Assembly: GCA_963804645.1 (NCBI GenBank)
Contig: CAWDRG010000009.1
Span: forward strand, 1,024,001 to 1,088,000
Origin: an uncultured Bacillota bacterium
GTDB lineage: Bacteria; Sysuimicrobiota; Sysuimicrobiia; Sysuimicrobiales; Segetimicrobiaceae
Direction: 5' to 3'
DNA: 64,000 nucleotides
Below, piece by piece: positions 1-9,964 of the stretch. The position numbers and the translations under genes were made by a program. Numbering within the stretch: the first letter of the stretch is position 1; each line of letters opens with the position of its first letter. Under the pieces are notes generated by a model. That model saw only the letters and a list, made by a program, of their open reading frames with translations, was not told the origin of the DNA and searched no databases.

Positions 1-1346
1 GTACCGGCAGCGAGACCGCTACTCGTCGTTTGGCAAAAGCGTTCGTCGGCGGCGACCGGAAAATTCATATATGTTGCGAGCGCGGGGACCTGCACCAGTT
101 CGTTCGTGTCGAGCCAATGCCCGGGGGCCCACAGCATGCGCCGGTCGGGGTCGAAGCGCGAATACGGAAACCCGGGTCGTGCATACACCGCATCGTCGTA
201 CAAAACCAGCCAGCGCGGATCGAACGCCCGGTCCGCCAGCGTGCTGAATGGCGCGTACGTGAGTGTAGATACGTCCCAGAGCGACGCGGCGTACCGCTCG
301 AGACCTTCTCCCAACGCACTGCGAATCGCATCCTCGCGGGTGGCACCCTTGCCCTCGCCATTGAAACTCGGACGCAGACCGTGTCCGTCGCGGTACGGAG
401 CCATGACGACGCTGCTGCAGGACGGCACGACCGCTGTGTCGGTCCCGTCGCCGTCGTAGAGCAGCACTCGCCGCACGAGCCCGGCCCGAGGATCGGCGAG
501 CAGCCGCAGCTCTTCCGGGACGTGCAGCGAGTGCGTCAATGACGCGAGTTTTGACGGACCCACTATTGCTGCGGCCCCGCCGCACGTCTCGCACCAGGGC
601 ATCGGCAGCACCGAGTGCAGCGTAGAGATTTCGTCGCCTTGGATGACGACGCATCCGTAGGCCGCGACATCGGGATAGCGAAGCGCAAGGAGCACGTTCT
701 CGGCGGCGACGCGAGCTGCAACGGGCTCCTCCAGGGCTCGCGGGTGGCTTGCGCCAGAGATTGAGTCGAACAGGCGCAGTCTGCAGCAGTTCCAGCAGGC
801 CGTGTGCATCGGGATAGCCAAAGGCCCGTAGAAGACTTCCGAGCCGTGCCTCCAGATTGGCATCGATCGAAGGCGGGCTTGGTGGATGTGTCGCACCAGC
901 CGCAGCGCATCATGAACATCCAGACCGGAAAGGTCGATGATTGCGAACGCGCTGTCCGCCGCCGTTTCGCGCGCGCGGATCCCGAACCCAACCAGGTGAT
1001 CCATCACGCGGGTCGTCAACGCGGTCTGCCGGGGCGCCCACACAGAGGCTTCGTCATCGGACGACGCGGTATGCGCGGTCTGAGCCGAGGATATCCGGAC
1101 GATATCGGCGTCCTCGAGTTGACGACCAAGAACGTCAACCCAGTCACGTGAGTAAGGAAGATCCTCCCCGCGTATCTCGCCTGCGTTCCCGAGCGCGGGG
1201 AGGACCTCGAACATAAGACCATGCGCTGAATCCTTGTTTAGGCGAAAACACCCCTTCGACGACGAAACAATCGCACCGTCGCGCGTCGCCGCTATCCGGA
1301 CGTTGGGCGCGAGGCGAATGCGATTGCTATCCGCCTCTGGCGCCAC
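1..1346 (-). CDS. Fused RRE-like + E1/ocin-ThiF-like + YcaO cyclodehydratase (TOMM/LAP C-D fusion); 3' end runs off the window
   Basis: Hand-translated minus frame, stop-free from 1394 to 1 and not in the ORF track. Motifs: FYGPLAIPMHTACWNCCRLR, HSVLPMPWCETCGG, DPRAGLVRRV, GEGKGATREDAIRSALGEGLERYAAS, FDPDRRMLW, VPALATY, QTTSSGLAAG. The start is uncertain; the first in-frame GTG is at 1346. Confidence 0.9.
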   Translation of the reverse strand, partial: MAPEADSNRIRLAPNVRIAATRDGAIVSSSKGCFRLNKDSAHGLMFEVLPALGNAGEIRGEDLPYSRDWVDVLGRQLEDADIVRISSAQTAHTASSDDEASVWAPRQTALTTRVMDHLVGFGIRARETAADSAFAIIDLSGLDVHDALRLVRHIHQARLRSMPIWRHGSEVFYGPLAIPMHTACWNCCRLRLFDSISGASHPRALEEPVAARVAAENVLLALRYPDVAAYGCVVIQGDEISTLHSVLPMPWCETCGGAAAIVGPSKLASLTHSLHVPEELRLLADPRAGLVRRVLLYDGDGTDTAVVPSCSSVVMAPYRDGHGLRPSFNGEGKGATREDAIRSALGEGLERYAASLWDVSTLTYAPFSTLADRAFDPRWLVLYDDAVYARPGFPYSRFDPDRRMLWAPGHWLDTNELVQVPALATYMNFPVAADERFCQTTSSGLAAG

Positions 1347-1530
1347 CGGCAGCGGGACCGGTTGCTCCGGCGCTTCCTGCCTCGCTGAGCACTTTCAGGG
1401 CTTTCATGAAGGTCTCGCCACACGGCTCGCATTGATTGCATTCCATGCACTGGAAGCGCCTTGCGATGATCGAACTGATGGTCGCCAGGGAGTCGACGAT
1501 CTTTTCCATATCGTACTGCTTTCCCGGCAT
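1327..1530 (-). CDS. 67-aa Cys-repeat peptide, candidate RiPP precursor
   Basis: GGAGG RBS 6 nt before ATG; CMECNQCEPC tract; Gly/Ala/Ser/Thr-rich tail; co-oriented with and directly upstream of the YcaO gene. Confidence 0.7.
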   Translation of the reverse strand: MPGKQYDMEKIVDSLATISSIIARRFQCMECNQCEPCGETFMKALKVLSEAGSAGATGPAAGGARGG

Positions 1531-1633
1531 AGGTCGCCTCCATTGGGCATGATAGTCGTCCTCGAGCGCGAAACGCTAGCTGAGCCTTTGGGACACCGAG
1601 AGGAGCACTACGAGACAAGATCGTTACACAGCC

Positions 1634-1664
1634 ATTGTGGGGATAGCGGTTGAAGGGGTCAACC
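1634..1664 (-). promoter_or_regulatory. Candidate sigma70-type promoter for the peptide/YcaO operon with an overlapping inverted repeat
   Basis: Minus strand TTGACC (1662-1657), 17 nt, CACAAT (1639-1634). Palindrome GGTTGA-N5-TCAACC at 1648-1664 overlaps the -35. Confidence 0.4.
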
Positions 1665-1992
1665 CTCAAAAGGTCAATTACGCGGTCGCGAACGATAGCA
1701 GGAACCTGCCTGATAACTATCCCGTCGCGGCGACGAAGATATCTCGCCCCTGTTCGAACCGCCGATCGGGCCCGGATAGGTGATCTTAGCGACCGTGTTT
1801 CGGCCCCGTTCGGCGGTCGGCGTCGTCGTCATCGGATTGATCCGCGAGCGGCGCGAGGCCGGTATCTCGCCGTCGGCACTCAGGCAGGAATCGTGATCGG
1901 CGCGGCCCAAGGGGATGCGCGCGGCGGTCGACCGGGTGCGGATGGGCGCCGGTCGCGCGTCGATGCGAATGATCCCTACGCGGGGTGTGCGT

Positions 1993-3384
1993 GTGGCCGA
2001 GGTCGACAGATACGATGCGATCGTAATCGGATCCGGGCAGGGCGGAAACCCGCTCGCGGAAGCGTTGGCCGGAGCCGGCCGCCGGGTCGCCATGATTGAA
2101 CGGAAGCACGTCGGTGGCACCTGCGTCAACGAGGGCTGCACCCCGACGAAGACGATGGTGGCGAGCGCCCGGATCGCGTATCTCGCCCGCCGCGCGTCGG
2201 ACTACGGGGTGCGCGCCGGCACCGTGACGGTGGACATGACGGCGGTGCGGCGCCGCAAGCGCAGGATCGTCAACCTCTGGCGGAGCGGGAGCGAGCGCGG
2301 CCTGAAGAAGGCGGCGGGCCTGGACCTGATCCGGGGGGAGGCGCGGTTTGAGGGGCCGCGGCGCGTCGCGGTGGCCCTCTCGCGCGGCGGCACGCGCGAG
2401 CTGGTCGCGGACCAGATCTTCATCAACGCCGGCGCGCGGCCGGCGCGGCCCGCGGTCCCGGGGCTCGAGACCGTCCCGGTGCTCGATTCGACGTCGATCA
2501 TGGAGCTCGGGGTCCTTCCGCGGCACCTGCTGGTGCTCGGCGGCGGCTACATCGGCTTGGAGTTCGGGCAGATGTTCCGGCGATTCGGCAGTGCGGTGAC
2601 GATCGTCCACCGCCACGGGCGCCTGCTCGATCGGGAAGACCCGGACATCGCCGACGCGATCGAGGGCGTGCTGCGCCAGGACAAGGTGAAGCTCGTGCTG
2701 GACGCCCAGACGCTGCGGGCGGCGCCGGGGCCGGGGCGGACGATCCGCCTGACCGTGCGCGCGTCAGGGGCCCGGTCGCCGCGCACGCTCACCGGCTCCC
2801 ACCTCCTCGCGGCCACCGGGCGCGTGCCCAACACCGATCGTCTCAACGCGGCGGCCGCCGGCGTCGAGCTCGATGCCCGCGGCTTCGTTCGCGTCAACGA
2901 GCGTCTCGAAACGACCGCGCCCAGCGTGTACGCGCTCGGCGACATCAAAGGCGGGCCGGCGTTCACCCACATCTCGTACGACGACTTCCGCATTCTCGAG
3001 ACCAATCTGCTGCGGGGCGGGCAGGCGACGACCCGCGACCGATTCGTGCCGTATACCGTGTTCACGGACCCCGAACTGGGCCGGGTCGGTCTCGGCGAGA
3101 CCGAGGCGCGCGCGCAGGGGCGCGCGATCCGGGTGTTTTCGATGCCGATGCGGCGGGTCGCGCGCGCGGTGGAGATGGACGAACCGCGGGGGACCATGAA
3201 GGTGGTCGTGGACGCGCGGTCCGGGCAGATTCTGGGGTGCGCGGTCCTCGGGATCTTCGGCGGCGAGCTGATGTCCCTGATCGAGGTCGCGATGATGGGC
3301 GGCCTGCCGTATACGGCGCTGCGGGATGCGACGCTCGCCCATCCGACGCTCTCGGAGGCCTTCAACAACCTGTTCGACCGCTAG
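1993..3384 (+). CDS. Class I pyridine nucleotide-disulfide oxidoreductase (RclA/MerA-like, no C-terminal Cys-Cys)
   Basis: GSGQGG FAD motif, [13 protein letters not shown] redox disulfide, GGGYIGLE, C-terminal [15 protein letters not shown] start at 1993. Confidence 0.9.
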   Translation: MAEVDRYDAIVIGSGQGGNPLAEALAGAGRRVAMIERKHVGGTCVNEGCTPTKTMVASARIAYLARRASDYGVRAGTVTVDMTAVRRRKRRIVNLWRSGSERGLKKAAGLDLIRGEARFEGPRRVAVALSRGGTRELVADQIFINAGARPARPAVPGLETVPVLDSTSIMELGVLPRHLLVLGGGYIGLEFGQMFRRFGSAVTIVHRHGRLLDREDPDIADAIEGVLRQDKVKLVLDAQTLRAAPGPGRTIRLTVRASGARSPRTLTGSHLLAATGRVPNTDRLNAAAAGVELDARGFVRVNERLETTAPSVYALGDIKGGPAFTHISYDDFRILETNLLRGGQATTRDRFVPYTVFTDPELGRVGLGETEARAQGRAIRVFSMPMRRVARAVEMDEPRGTMKVVVDARSGQILGCAVLGIFGGELMSLIEVAMMGGLPYTALRDATLAHPTLSEAFNNLFDR

Positions 3385-3501
3385 GCGCACGGGCGTCCGA
3401 CAGGGCGCGGCGCGTCCGCGGCGGAACTCTTCGATGCGTGGCGCGGGCATGGGCGCCCCGCCGCGCGGGTCCGTACGATTCGACGCCCGAGGAGGCGTGC
3501 C

Positions 3502-4353
3502 GTGGCTCGACATCTCGTGTGCCTCACGTTCGACTTCGACGCGATCTCGAACTGGATCCACCGCGGCGCCGTGACCCCGACCCAGATTTCGCGCGGGGAG
3601 TTCGGGCTGGTCGGCGCCGCGCGCATCCTCGAGTTGATGCGGGCGCGGGGGATCGCCACCACGTGGTTCATTCCGGGGCATACGCTGGACACGTATCCGG
3701 AGATGTGCCGGCGCGTGCACGCGGAGGGCCACGAGATCGGCAACCACGGCTACCTGCACGAGCCGCCGGCGACGCTCACGGCCGCCGAGGAAGAGGCGGT
3801 GCTGGTCCGCGGCAACGAGGCGATCCGGCGCATCACGGGCGCCGATCCCATCGGCTATCGGTCGCCGGCGTGGGACCTGAGCCCGCACACGGTGCCGCTG
3901 CTGCTCAAGTACGGATTCACGTACGACAGCAGCATGATGGCGCACGACTGCCACCCCTACCGGGCTCGGCAGGGCGACGAGTTCGCTCCAGACCGGCCGG
4001 TGCGGTGGGGCACCCCCACGACGCTCGTCGAGATGCCGATCGCCTGGTCCACGGACGACTTCCCGCACTTCGAATACGCGCGCCGGGGGGATACGGTGCT
4101 GCCGGGACTCCGCCGCGGTGGCGACGTGCTGGAGAACTGGGTCGACGACTTCCGGTACATGGTCCAGCACGAAGAATGGGGCGTGCTGACATACACGTTT
4201 CATCCCCAGGTCTCGGGGCGGGGCCACCGGATGCTGGTGCTGGAGCGGCTGATTGATGCGCTCCGGGAGTTGGGCGCCACGTTCGTCCGGATGGACGCCG
4301 CGGTCGCGGAATTCGTCCGGTGGGAAGCCCGGCGGCGGGCCGGCTCGGCGTAG
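3502..4353 (+). CDS. Polysaccharide deacetylase family (CE4, PuuE/HpPgdA-like)
   Basis: LTFDFD, HEIGNHGYLHE, GYRSPAW, YDSS, TFHP; GGAGG RBS. Confidence 0.9.
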   Translation: MARHLVCLTFDFDAISNWIHRGAVTPTQISRGEFGLVGAARILELMRARGIATTWFIPGHTLDTYPEMCRRVHAEGHEIGNHGYLHEPPATLTAAEEEAVLVRGNEAIRRITGADPIGYRSPAWDLSPHTVPLLLKYGFTYDSSMMAHDCHPYRARQGDEFAPDRPVRWGTPTTLVEMPIAWSTDDFPHFEYARRGDTVLPGLRRGGDVLENWVDDFRYMVQHEEWGVLTYTFHPQVSGRGHRMLVLERLIDALRELGATFVRMDAAVAEFVRWEARRRAGSA

Positions 4354-4379
4354 GCGGCGCCTGATCGAGCGAGCGCCGG

Positions 4380-5441
4380 CTACCGCGCTCTGGTGATTTT
4401 GCGCAGCCCCCTGGGGTGGTCGGGATCGTGGCCGCGCGCGCGAGCGAGATGGTAGGCCAGCAGCTGCATCGGGATCGCGTACACGTGGGGGCTGAGCCGT
4501 TCGTCCGGCGTCGCGGGGACCTCGATGGGCAGGGCGGCCAAGCGGAGGACCGTCCGGTCTGACGAGCAGATGACGGTCTGCGCGCGCCGGTCCTTGAGCC
4601 GCGCGGCGAGCGAGGCGAGACCCGCCAGCACCCGCCCGGGCGGGGCGGCGATCAGCACCGGAAACCCACGGGCGATCACCGCGATCGGTCCGTGGAGGAG
4701 ATCCACCGCGGAGATCGGCTCGGCCGCCACGTAGCAGGTCTCTTTGAGCTTGAGGGCGGCTTCGCGCGCCGTCGCATAGTTGTAGCCGCGCGAGGTGACC
4801 ACGCACTCGACGATGCGGCGCCACCGGCCCGCGACGGTCCGCACCCGGTCGTTGGCGCCGAGCGCTGCCGCGAGAAGACGCGGCAGGTCGCGGTGGGCGC
4901 GGAGCAGGCGGCGATTGGCGGTCGCCTCGGCGATCAGCAGGCTGAGCGCGGTCAGCTGCGCCGTGTAGGTCTTGGTGGCCGCCACGCTGCGCTCGGGACC
5001 GGCGTGGAGGAGCACCGTGTCGTGGGCCGCGCGTGCGAGGGGCGAGTCCTCCCGGTTGGTCACGGCGATCGTGCGGGCTCCGCAGGCGCGCCCGGCCTCG
5101 AGGAACTCCACGATGTCCGGGGATGCCCCGGACTGCGACAGGCCAATGACGAGAGCCCGGCGCAGCCGCAGGCGCGCGCGGTACACGGTGAGGACTGACG
5201 GGGCGGCGAGCGAGACAGGAACGCCCCACACCGTTTCAATGAGATAGCGGCCGTAGAGTGCCGCGTTGTCGGAAGTGCCGCGCGCGGCGAGCACGACCAG
5301 ATCCGGCGGCGTGCGGCGGAGCCGCCTACCGAGCGCGGCGATCGCGGTCCCCTCCAGGTCGCAGACGCGCGCCACCGCGTCCGGCTGCTCGGCAATCTCT
5401 TGCCGCATCCACCGGCCGGGATCCGTGCGGGACGGCGGCAT
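4380..5441 (-). CDS. Double-SIS-domain sugar-phosphate isomerase/deaminase (GlmS C-terminal-like)
   Basis: EIAEQP, ARGTSDNA, SQSGASPD, VAATKTY, EAALKLKE, HGP, PRGLRKIT; no glutaminase domain. Confidence 0.9.
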   Translation of the reverse strand: MPPSRTDPGRWMRQEIAEQPDAVARVCDLEGTAIAALGRRLRRTPPDLVVLAARGTSDNAALYGRYLIETVWGVPVSLAAPSVLTVYRARLRLRRALVIGLSQSGASPDIVEFLEAGRACGARTIAVTNREDSPLARAAHDTVLLHAGPERSVAATKTYTAQLTALSLLIAEATANRRLLRAHRDLPRLLAAALGANDRVRTVAGRWRRIVECVVTSRGYNYATAREAALKLKETCYVAAEPISAVDLLHGPIAVIARGFPVLIAAPPGRVLAGLASLAARLKDRRAQTVICSSDRTVLRLAALPIEVPATPDERLSPHVYAIPMQLLAYHLARARGHDPDHPRGLRKITRAR

Positions 5442-5446
5442 GCGGC

Positions 5447-6007
5447 CTACAGGAGACGCGCCGCGACGTCGTCGGCGGTGAGTTCGATCAGCGCGCCGCC
5501 CGTCGTCCCATTGCCCATCGTGCAGTTGACGACGAGAGTCGCGCCCACGCGCTCGATCCCCGCGGACTCGTGCACATGCCCGCAGGTCAGCACGCGCGGG
5601 TGCGCGCGCTGGACCAGGTCCAGGACGTGCCGCGTGCCGATCCGGTGCCCCGAGCGCGCGAGGTCGAGCGTGCCGGCCGGTGGTTCGTGCACGACGAGGA
5701 CGTCGCACGCCGACGTGACGCGCGGGCCGCCGAACGACACGCCGTCGATGACGACGGGATCGGGGCCCGCCAATCCCCCGCGCCGGGCGATCTCCGCCGC
5801 CGCGTGGAGGCCGTCGACGTTGCCCGCCACCGCCAGCACGGGCACCGAAAACGCGCCGAGCAGGTCGAGCGCGTCCTCGCCGTGGCCCGTGTCGGTGAGA
5901 TCGCCCGGCAGCAGCACCACCGCGGGGGCGTGCTCGGCGACGAGCTCGCGCACGCGCGCGATGCGCTCGGGACGGCCGTGCAGGTCGGCGCACGCGAGGA
6001 TTCGCAC
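5447..6007 (-). CDS. Calcineurin-like metallophosphoesterase
   Basis: C-terminal part of ORF 5447..7207: ADLHG, GDLT, GNVD, HEPP, CGHVHE; GTG at 6007. Confidence 0.85.
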   Translation of the reverse strand: MRILACADLHGRPERIARVRELVAEHAPAVVLLPGDLTDTGHGEDALDLLGAFSVPVLAVAGNVDGLHAAAEIARRGGLAGPDPVVIDGVSFGGPRVTSACDVLVVHEPPAGTLDLARSGHRIGTRHVLDLVQRAHPRVLTCGHVHESAGIERVGATLVVNCTMGNGTTGGALIELTADDVAARLL

Positions 6008-6142
6008 CCGGTATCCTTCGACGCGGCCGTGCGCGGTTCTTGCGAGCACGGCCGACGGCAGGGAGCGGCGACGCGCGGCGGGAAGACCTGCCCGAGAGCC
6101 GTGTCGCGGCGCGAGCGCGATGGGCAGCGGGAGGACGTGGCG

Positions 6143-7558
6143 ATGAAGATGTACGTGGGCGGCGAGTGGATCGACAAGCGGCAGACGATACCGGTGCTCA
6201 ACCCGTTCGATGGATCGGTGATCGACACGATCCCGAAGGCGGACGCGGACGACGTCGAGCGGGCGCTCGCGACCGCGGTGCGCGGCGCCCAGGCGATGCG
6301 CCGGCTGACCGGGTTCGAGCGCTTTCAGATGCTCCGCAAGGCGGCCGACCTGCTGTTGGCACGCAGCGAGGAGTTTGCGCGGACGATCACGCTCGAAGAG
6401 GGCAAGGTCATCGGCGAGGCGCGGGTCGAGGTCACGCGGGCCGCGGAGATCATCGCGCTGTCCGCGGAGGAGGCGAAGCGGCTGTACGGGGAGGTGATCC
6501 CCCTGGACGGCGCGCCCGGCGTGAAGACCCAGATGGGCTTCACCCTGCGCGTGCCGTGCGGCGTGGTCGTCGGCATCAGCCCGTTCAACTTCCCGCTGCA
6601 CCTGGTGTGCCATAAGGTGGGCCCGGCGCTCGCCGCCGGCAACGCCGTGATTCTGAAGCCCGCGAGTGACACCCCGCTCAGCGCCCTGAAGCTGACGCAG
6701 CTGCTGCTCGAGTGCGGGGTGCCGGCGGACGGCATCCAGTGTATCACCGGCAGCGGCGGCACGATCGGGGAAGCCTTGTGCGCGGATCCGCGCGTGCGGA
6801 AGATCACGTTCACCGGCAGCCGCGACGTCGGCGAGCGGATCTGCAAGGTGGCGGGCCTGAAGAAGGTCACGATGGAGCTCGGCAGCAATTCGCCGCTGAT
6901 CGTCATGCCGGACGCGGACCTCGAGAAAGTGGCGACCGCGGTGGCCGCGACCGGCTACGCGAACGCGGGCCAGGTCTGCATCAGCCTCCAGCGCATCATT
7001 CCGCTGCAGCCGATCTACCATCAGTTCCTGGAGGCGCTCAAGCCGAAGGTCGCGGCGCTGACGACCGGCAATCCGCTTGAGGAGGCGACGCGCGTGGGCC
7101 CGATGGTGCGCGAAGAGGACGCCCGCCGCGTCGAGACCTGGGTCAAGGAGGCCGTGGCCGGCGGCGCCAAGCTCGTCGTCGGCGGTGAGCGGCGCGGCGC
7201 GATCCACTCACCGACGGTTCTCGCGGATGTGACCCGCGAGATGCGGATCTCCCGGGACGAGTTGTTCGGGCCGGCGGTCGCCGTGTCGCCCGCGGAGTCG
7301 ATCGACGCCGCGATCGCGATGGCCAACGACACCCGCTACGGGTTGTCGGCGGCGGTGTTCACCGAGAACCTGAACTGGGCGATGCGGTTTGCGCGCGAGG
7401 TCGAGGCCGGGAACATCCACATCAATTGGGGGCCCCAGTGGCGGGCCGACCTGATGCCCTACGGCGGGTTGAAGGAGAGCGGGTTCGGGAAGGAAGGGCC
7501 GAAGTACGCGGTCCAGGAGATGACCGAGACGAAGATGGTGGTCATGCACCTGCCCTAG
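6143..7558 (+). CDS. NAD(P)-dependent aldehyde dehydrogenase
   Basis: [46 protein letters not shown] before ATG 6143. Confidence 0.95.
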   Translation: MKMYVGGEWIDKRQTIPVLNPFDGSVIDTIPKADADDVERALATAVRGAQAMRRLTGFERFQMLRKAADLLLARSEEFARTITLEEGKVIGEARVEVTRAAEIIALSAEEAKRLYGEVIPLDGAPGVKTQMGFTLRVPCGVVVGISPFNFPLHLVCHKVGPALAAGNAVILKPASDTPLSALKLTQLLLECGVPADGIQCITGSGGTIGEALCADPRVRKITFTGSRDVGERICKVAGLKKVTMELGSNSPLIVMPDADLEKVATAVAATGYANAGQVCISLQRIIPLQPIYHQFLEALKPKVAALTTGNPLEEATRVGPMVREEDARRVETWVKEAVAGGAKLVVGGERRGAIHSPTVLADVTREMRISRDELFGPAVAVSPAESIDAAIAMANDTRYGLSAAVFTENLNWAMRFAREVEAGNIHINWGPQWRADLMPYGGLKESGFGKEGPKYAVQEMTETKMVVMHLP

Positions 7559-7656
7559 CGGACGAGCGACGGCAGTTCCGCGGTCGGGCTGCGGCCGGGT
7601 CGCGGGGGCGCCGGCGGCCGGCGATCGGCCGCAGCCCAGTGACGTAGGAGGAGTGC

Positions 7657-8061
7657 ATGCCGAAGAAGCCGCACGGGCCGACGGGGCAGGGCCCCGCGAG
7701 CGGGACCACCGTGAACGAGCATCTGGCGAACGAGCGGACGCATCTCGCGTTTCTGCGCACCGCGGTCGCGCTGATTACGTTTGGGATCACCGTCAACCGG
7801 TTCAGTCTGTTCCTGATCATCAACGACAAGCTGGCCCCGGGCTCGGGTCCGTTCATCCCGCTGTTCGGGGTGGAGCAGGTCGGGTTTTCCGTCGTGATCG
7901 TGGGCGCCCTGCTGATCGTGTGGGCCGCGGTCCGGTACCAGCAGGTCAGCCGCCAAATCGATCGCGGGGAGTATCGTTCGAATCCGAGAATGGTCTGGAT
8001 TGTGACCGCGGCAGTCCTGGTGTTCGGCGTGGCCAGCCTCTTCTGGCTGTTTCAGCGCTAG
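7657..8061 (+). CDS. DUF202/YidH family membrane protein
   Basis: [14 protein letters not shown] signature followed by three hydrophobic helices; AGGAG RBS. Confidence 0.9.
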   Translation: MPKKPHGPTGQGPASGTTVNEHLANERTHLAFLRTAVALITFGITVNRFSLFLIINDKLAPGSGPFIPLFGVEQVGFSVVIVGALLIVWAAVRYQQVSRQIDRGEYRSNPRMVWIVTAAVLVFGVASLFWLFQR

Positions 8062-8147
8062 GCCCGGGCGCCGCGCCGCGATATGACGGCGCCGTTTCCG
8101 ACGAGATGCGGTCGCGACACCCACCCGCGCGACATGGGAGGATGACG

Positions 8148-9119
8148 ATGCAGGCGATACGCGTGCACGAACCGGGCGGCCCCGAGGTGCTGCGGTACGA
8201 GGAGCTGCCGACCCCGACGCCAGGCCCGGACGACGTGGTGGTGCGGTTGGAGGCGTCCGGCGTAAACTACGTCGACATTTATCAGCGGATGGGTCTCTAC
8301 AAGATGGCGCTGCCGTACACGCCGGGATCCGAGGGAGCCGGGACCGTCGCGGACGTGGGTGCCCACGTGCGCGATCTCCGGGTCGGCGACCGCGTGGCGT
8401 ACTGCGGGGCGCTCGGGTCCTACGCGACGCACCACGTCGTGCCGGCCGCGCGCCTCGTGGCTCTGCCGAAGTCGATGGACAGCCAGCGGGCCGCGGCGCT
8501 GATGCTGCAGGGGATTACCGCCCACTATCTGTGTCACTCGACCTACCCGCTCAGGAAGGGCGACACCACGCTGGTGCACGCCGCCGCCGGCGGGGTCGGG
8601 CTGCTGCTCGTGCAGATGGCGAAGATGCTCGGCGCTCGCATCATCGCGACGGTGTCGACGAAAGAAAAGGCGCTGCTCGCGCGGGAAGCCGGGGCCGACG
8701 AGGTGATCCTGTACACTGACCAGGACTTTGAGGTCGAGGTGAAGCGCCTCACCGGCGGACGCGGCGTCCAGGTCGTCTATGACTCGGTGGGGAAGACGAC
8801 GTTCGAAAAGAGCATGAACTGTCTGGTCCCGCGGGGATACCTGGTGCTGTTCGGGCAGTCGAGCGGGCCGGCCCCGTCGATCGACCCGCAGATCCTTCAG
8901 TACAAAGGCTCGCTCTTTCTGACGCGGCCGACGATGGGGCACTACATCGCGACGCGCGAGGAACTGCTCGCCCGGGCGAACGACCTCTTCGAGTGGGTAA
9001 CCTCCGGACGGCTCCGTGTCCGGATCGACCGGACGTTCCCGCTGGCCCAAGCCGCGGACGCCCACCGGACGCTCGCGAGCCGGGCCACCGCGGGCAAGGT
9101 GCTGCTCCTGCCCGGTTAG
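8148..9119 (+). CDS. qor: NADPH:quinone oxidoreductase (MDR, zeta-crystallin-like)
   Basis: [41 protein letters not shown]. Confidence 0.9.
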   Translation: MQAIRVHEPGGPEVLRYEELPTPTPGPDDVVVRLEASGVNYVDIYQRMGLYKMALPYTPGSEGAGTVADVGAHVRDLRVGDRVAYCGALGSYATHHVVPAARLVALPKSMDSQRAAALMLQGITAHYLCHSTYPLRKGDTTLVHAAAGGVGLLLVQMAKMLGARIIATVSTKEKALLAREAGADEVILYTDQDFEVEVKRLTGGRGVQVVYDSVGKTTFEKSMNCLVPRGYLVLFGQSSGPAPSIDPQILQYKGSLFLTRPTMGHYIATREELLARANDLFEWVTSGRLRVRIDRTFPLAQAADAHRTLASRATAGKVLLLPG

Positions 9120-9964
9120 GTCACGAGCCGCGGGTACAGCCGCGCGGCCAGCGCCATCAGGGCCGCCGAGAACGCCAGCAGCACCGCGAAGTCCACGCCG
9201 AGCCCGTACACGCTGGTGCCGCCCTGCACCATGAGGGCGCGCAGGCCGTCCACCTCGTAGGTCAGGGGGTTGACGGTCGCGATGATCTTGAGCCAGCCGG
9301 GCATCAGTACGATGGGATAGATCGCGTTGCTCGCGAAGAACAGCGGCATCGTCATCACCTGGCCCATGCCCATCACGCGCTCGTGCGTCTTCACGATGCA
9401 CGCGATCACGAGCGAGAACGTCGAGAACACGGCGGAGCCCATGACGATCAGCAGCAGGACGCCGAGGATGTTCAGCGGCTGCCAGGTCGCGTGGATGTGC
9501 AGCAGGAGCGCGAGAATGTACACGATCACACCCTGCGACAGCGCCCGCACGCTGGCGGACAGCGCCTTCCCGAGCACGAGCGAGACGCGCGAGATCGGGC
9601 TGACGAGGTATTTCTGCAGCACCCCCATGTCGCGCTCTCGGATCGCCGAGACCCCGTAGAAGATCGCGATGAACAGCACGCTCTGGGCGAGGATGCCGGG
9701 CGCCATGAAGTCCAGGTACGTCAGCTTGCCGGTGGGGACGCCGCGCAGGTGCGACATGACCTGCCCGAACACGACCAGCCACAGCGTCGGTTGGACCGCG
9801 CGCATGAGCAGCTCGACCGGGTCGTGCTGGAGCTTGCGGATCTCCGCGTCGGCGACGGTGAAGACGTGGCCGAGGAACGTGACGAACCCCGCCGGACGCT
9901 CAGGATAGACGGCGGGCGGTGCGGCGGGTGCGTAGGACCTCACCATAGTTTCCTCCTGACTCAT
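9116..9964 (-). CDS. ABC-2 exporter permease (DrrB-like)
   Basis: Six predicted TM segments; [27 protein letters not shown]. The start may be 9946. Confidence 0.9.
   Translation of the reverse strand: MSQEETMVRSYAPAAPPAVYPERPAGFVTFLGHVFTVADAEIRKLQHDPVELLMRAVQPTLWLVVFGQVMSHLRGVPTGKLTYLDFMAPGILAQSVLFIAIFYGVSAIRERDMGVLQKYLVSPISRVSLVLGKALSASVRALSQGVIVYILALLLHIHATWQPLNILGVLLLIVMGSAVFSTFSLVIACIVKTHERVMGMGQVMTMPLFFASNAIYPIVLMPGWLKIIATVNPLTYEVDGLRALMVQGGTSVYGLGVDFAVLLAFSAALMALAARLYPRLVT

Noticed and set aside
19..1222. ORF-track calls at the left edge (19..654, 30..542, 65..361, 106..459, 563..991, 804..1151, 941..1216, 1016..1222)
   Set aside because: All are off-frame or antisense shadows of the YcaO gene; none has recognisable motifs.
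1420..1449. Ferredoxin-type 4Fe-4S motif in the 67-aa ORF
   Set aside because: The spacing is CxxCxxCxxC, not CxxCxxCxxxCP, and there is no second ferredoxin half. Metal binding is not excluded.
1993..3384. merA mercury resistance
   Set aside because: No C-terminal Cys-Cys, no metal-binding N-domain, no merR/T/P.
2764..5229. Long Arg/Pro/Ala-rich ORFs such as 2764..5229, 8058..9782, 22373..24226, 41186..43186 and 44393..46273
   Set aside because: Typical high-GC alternative-frame or antisense ORFs overlapping well-supported genes; no motifs.
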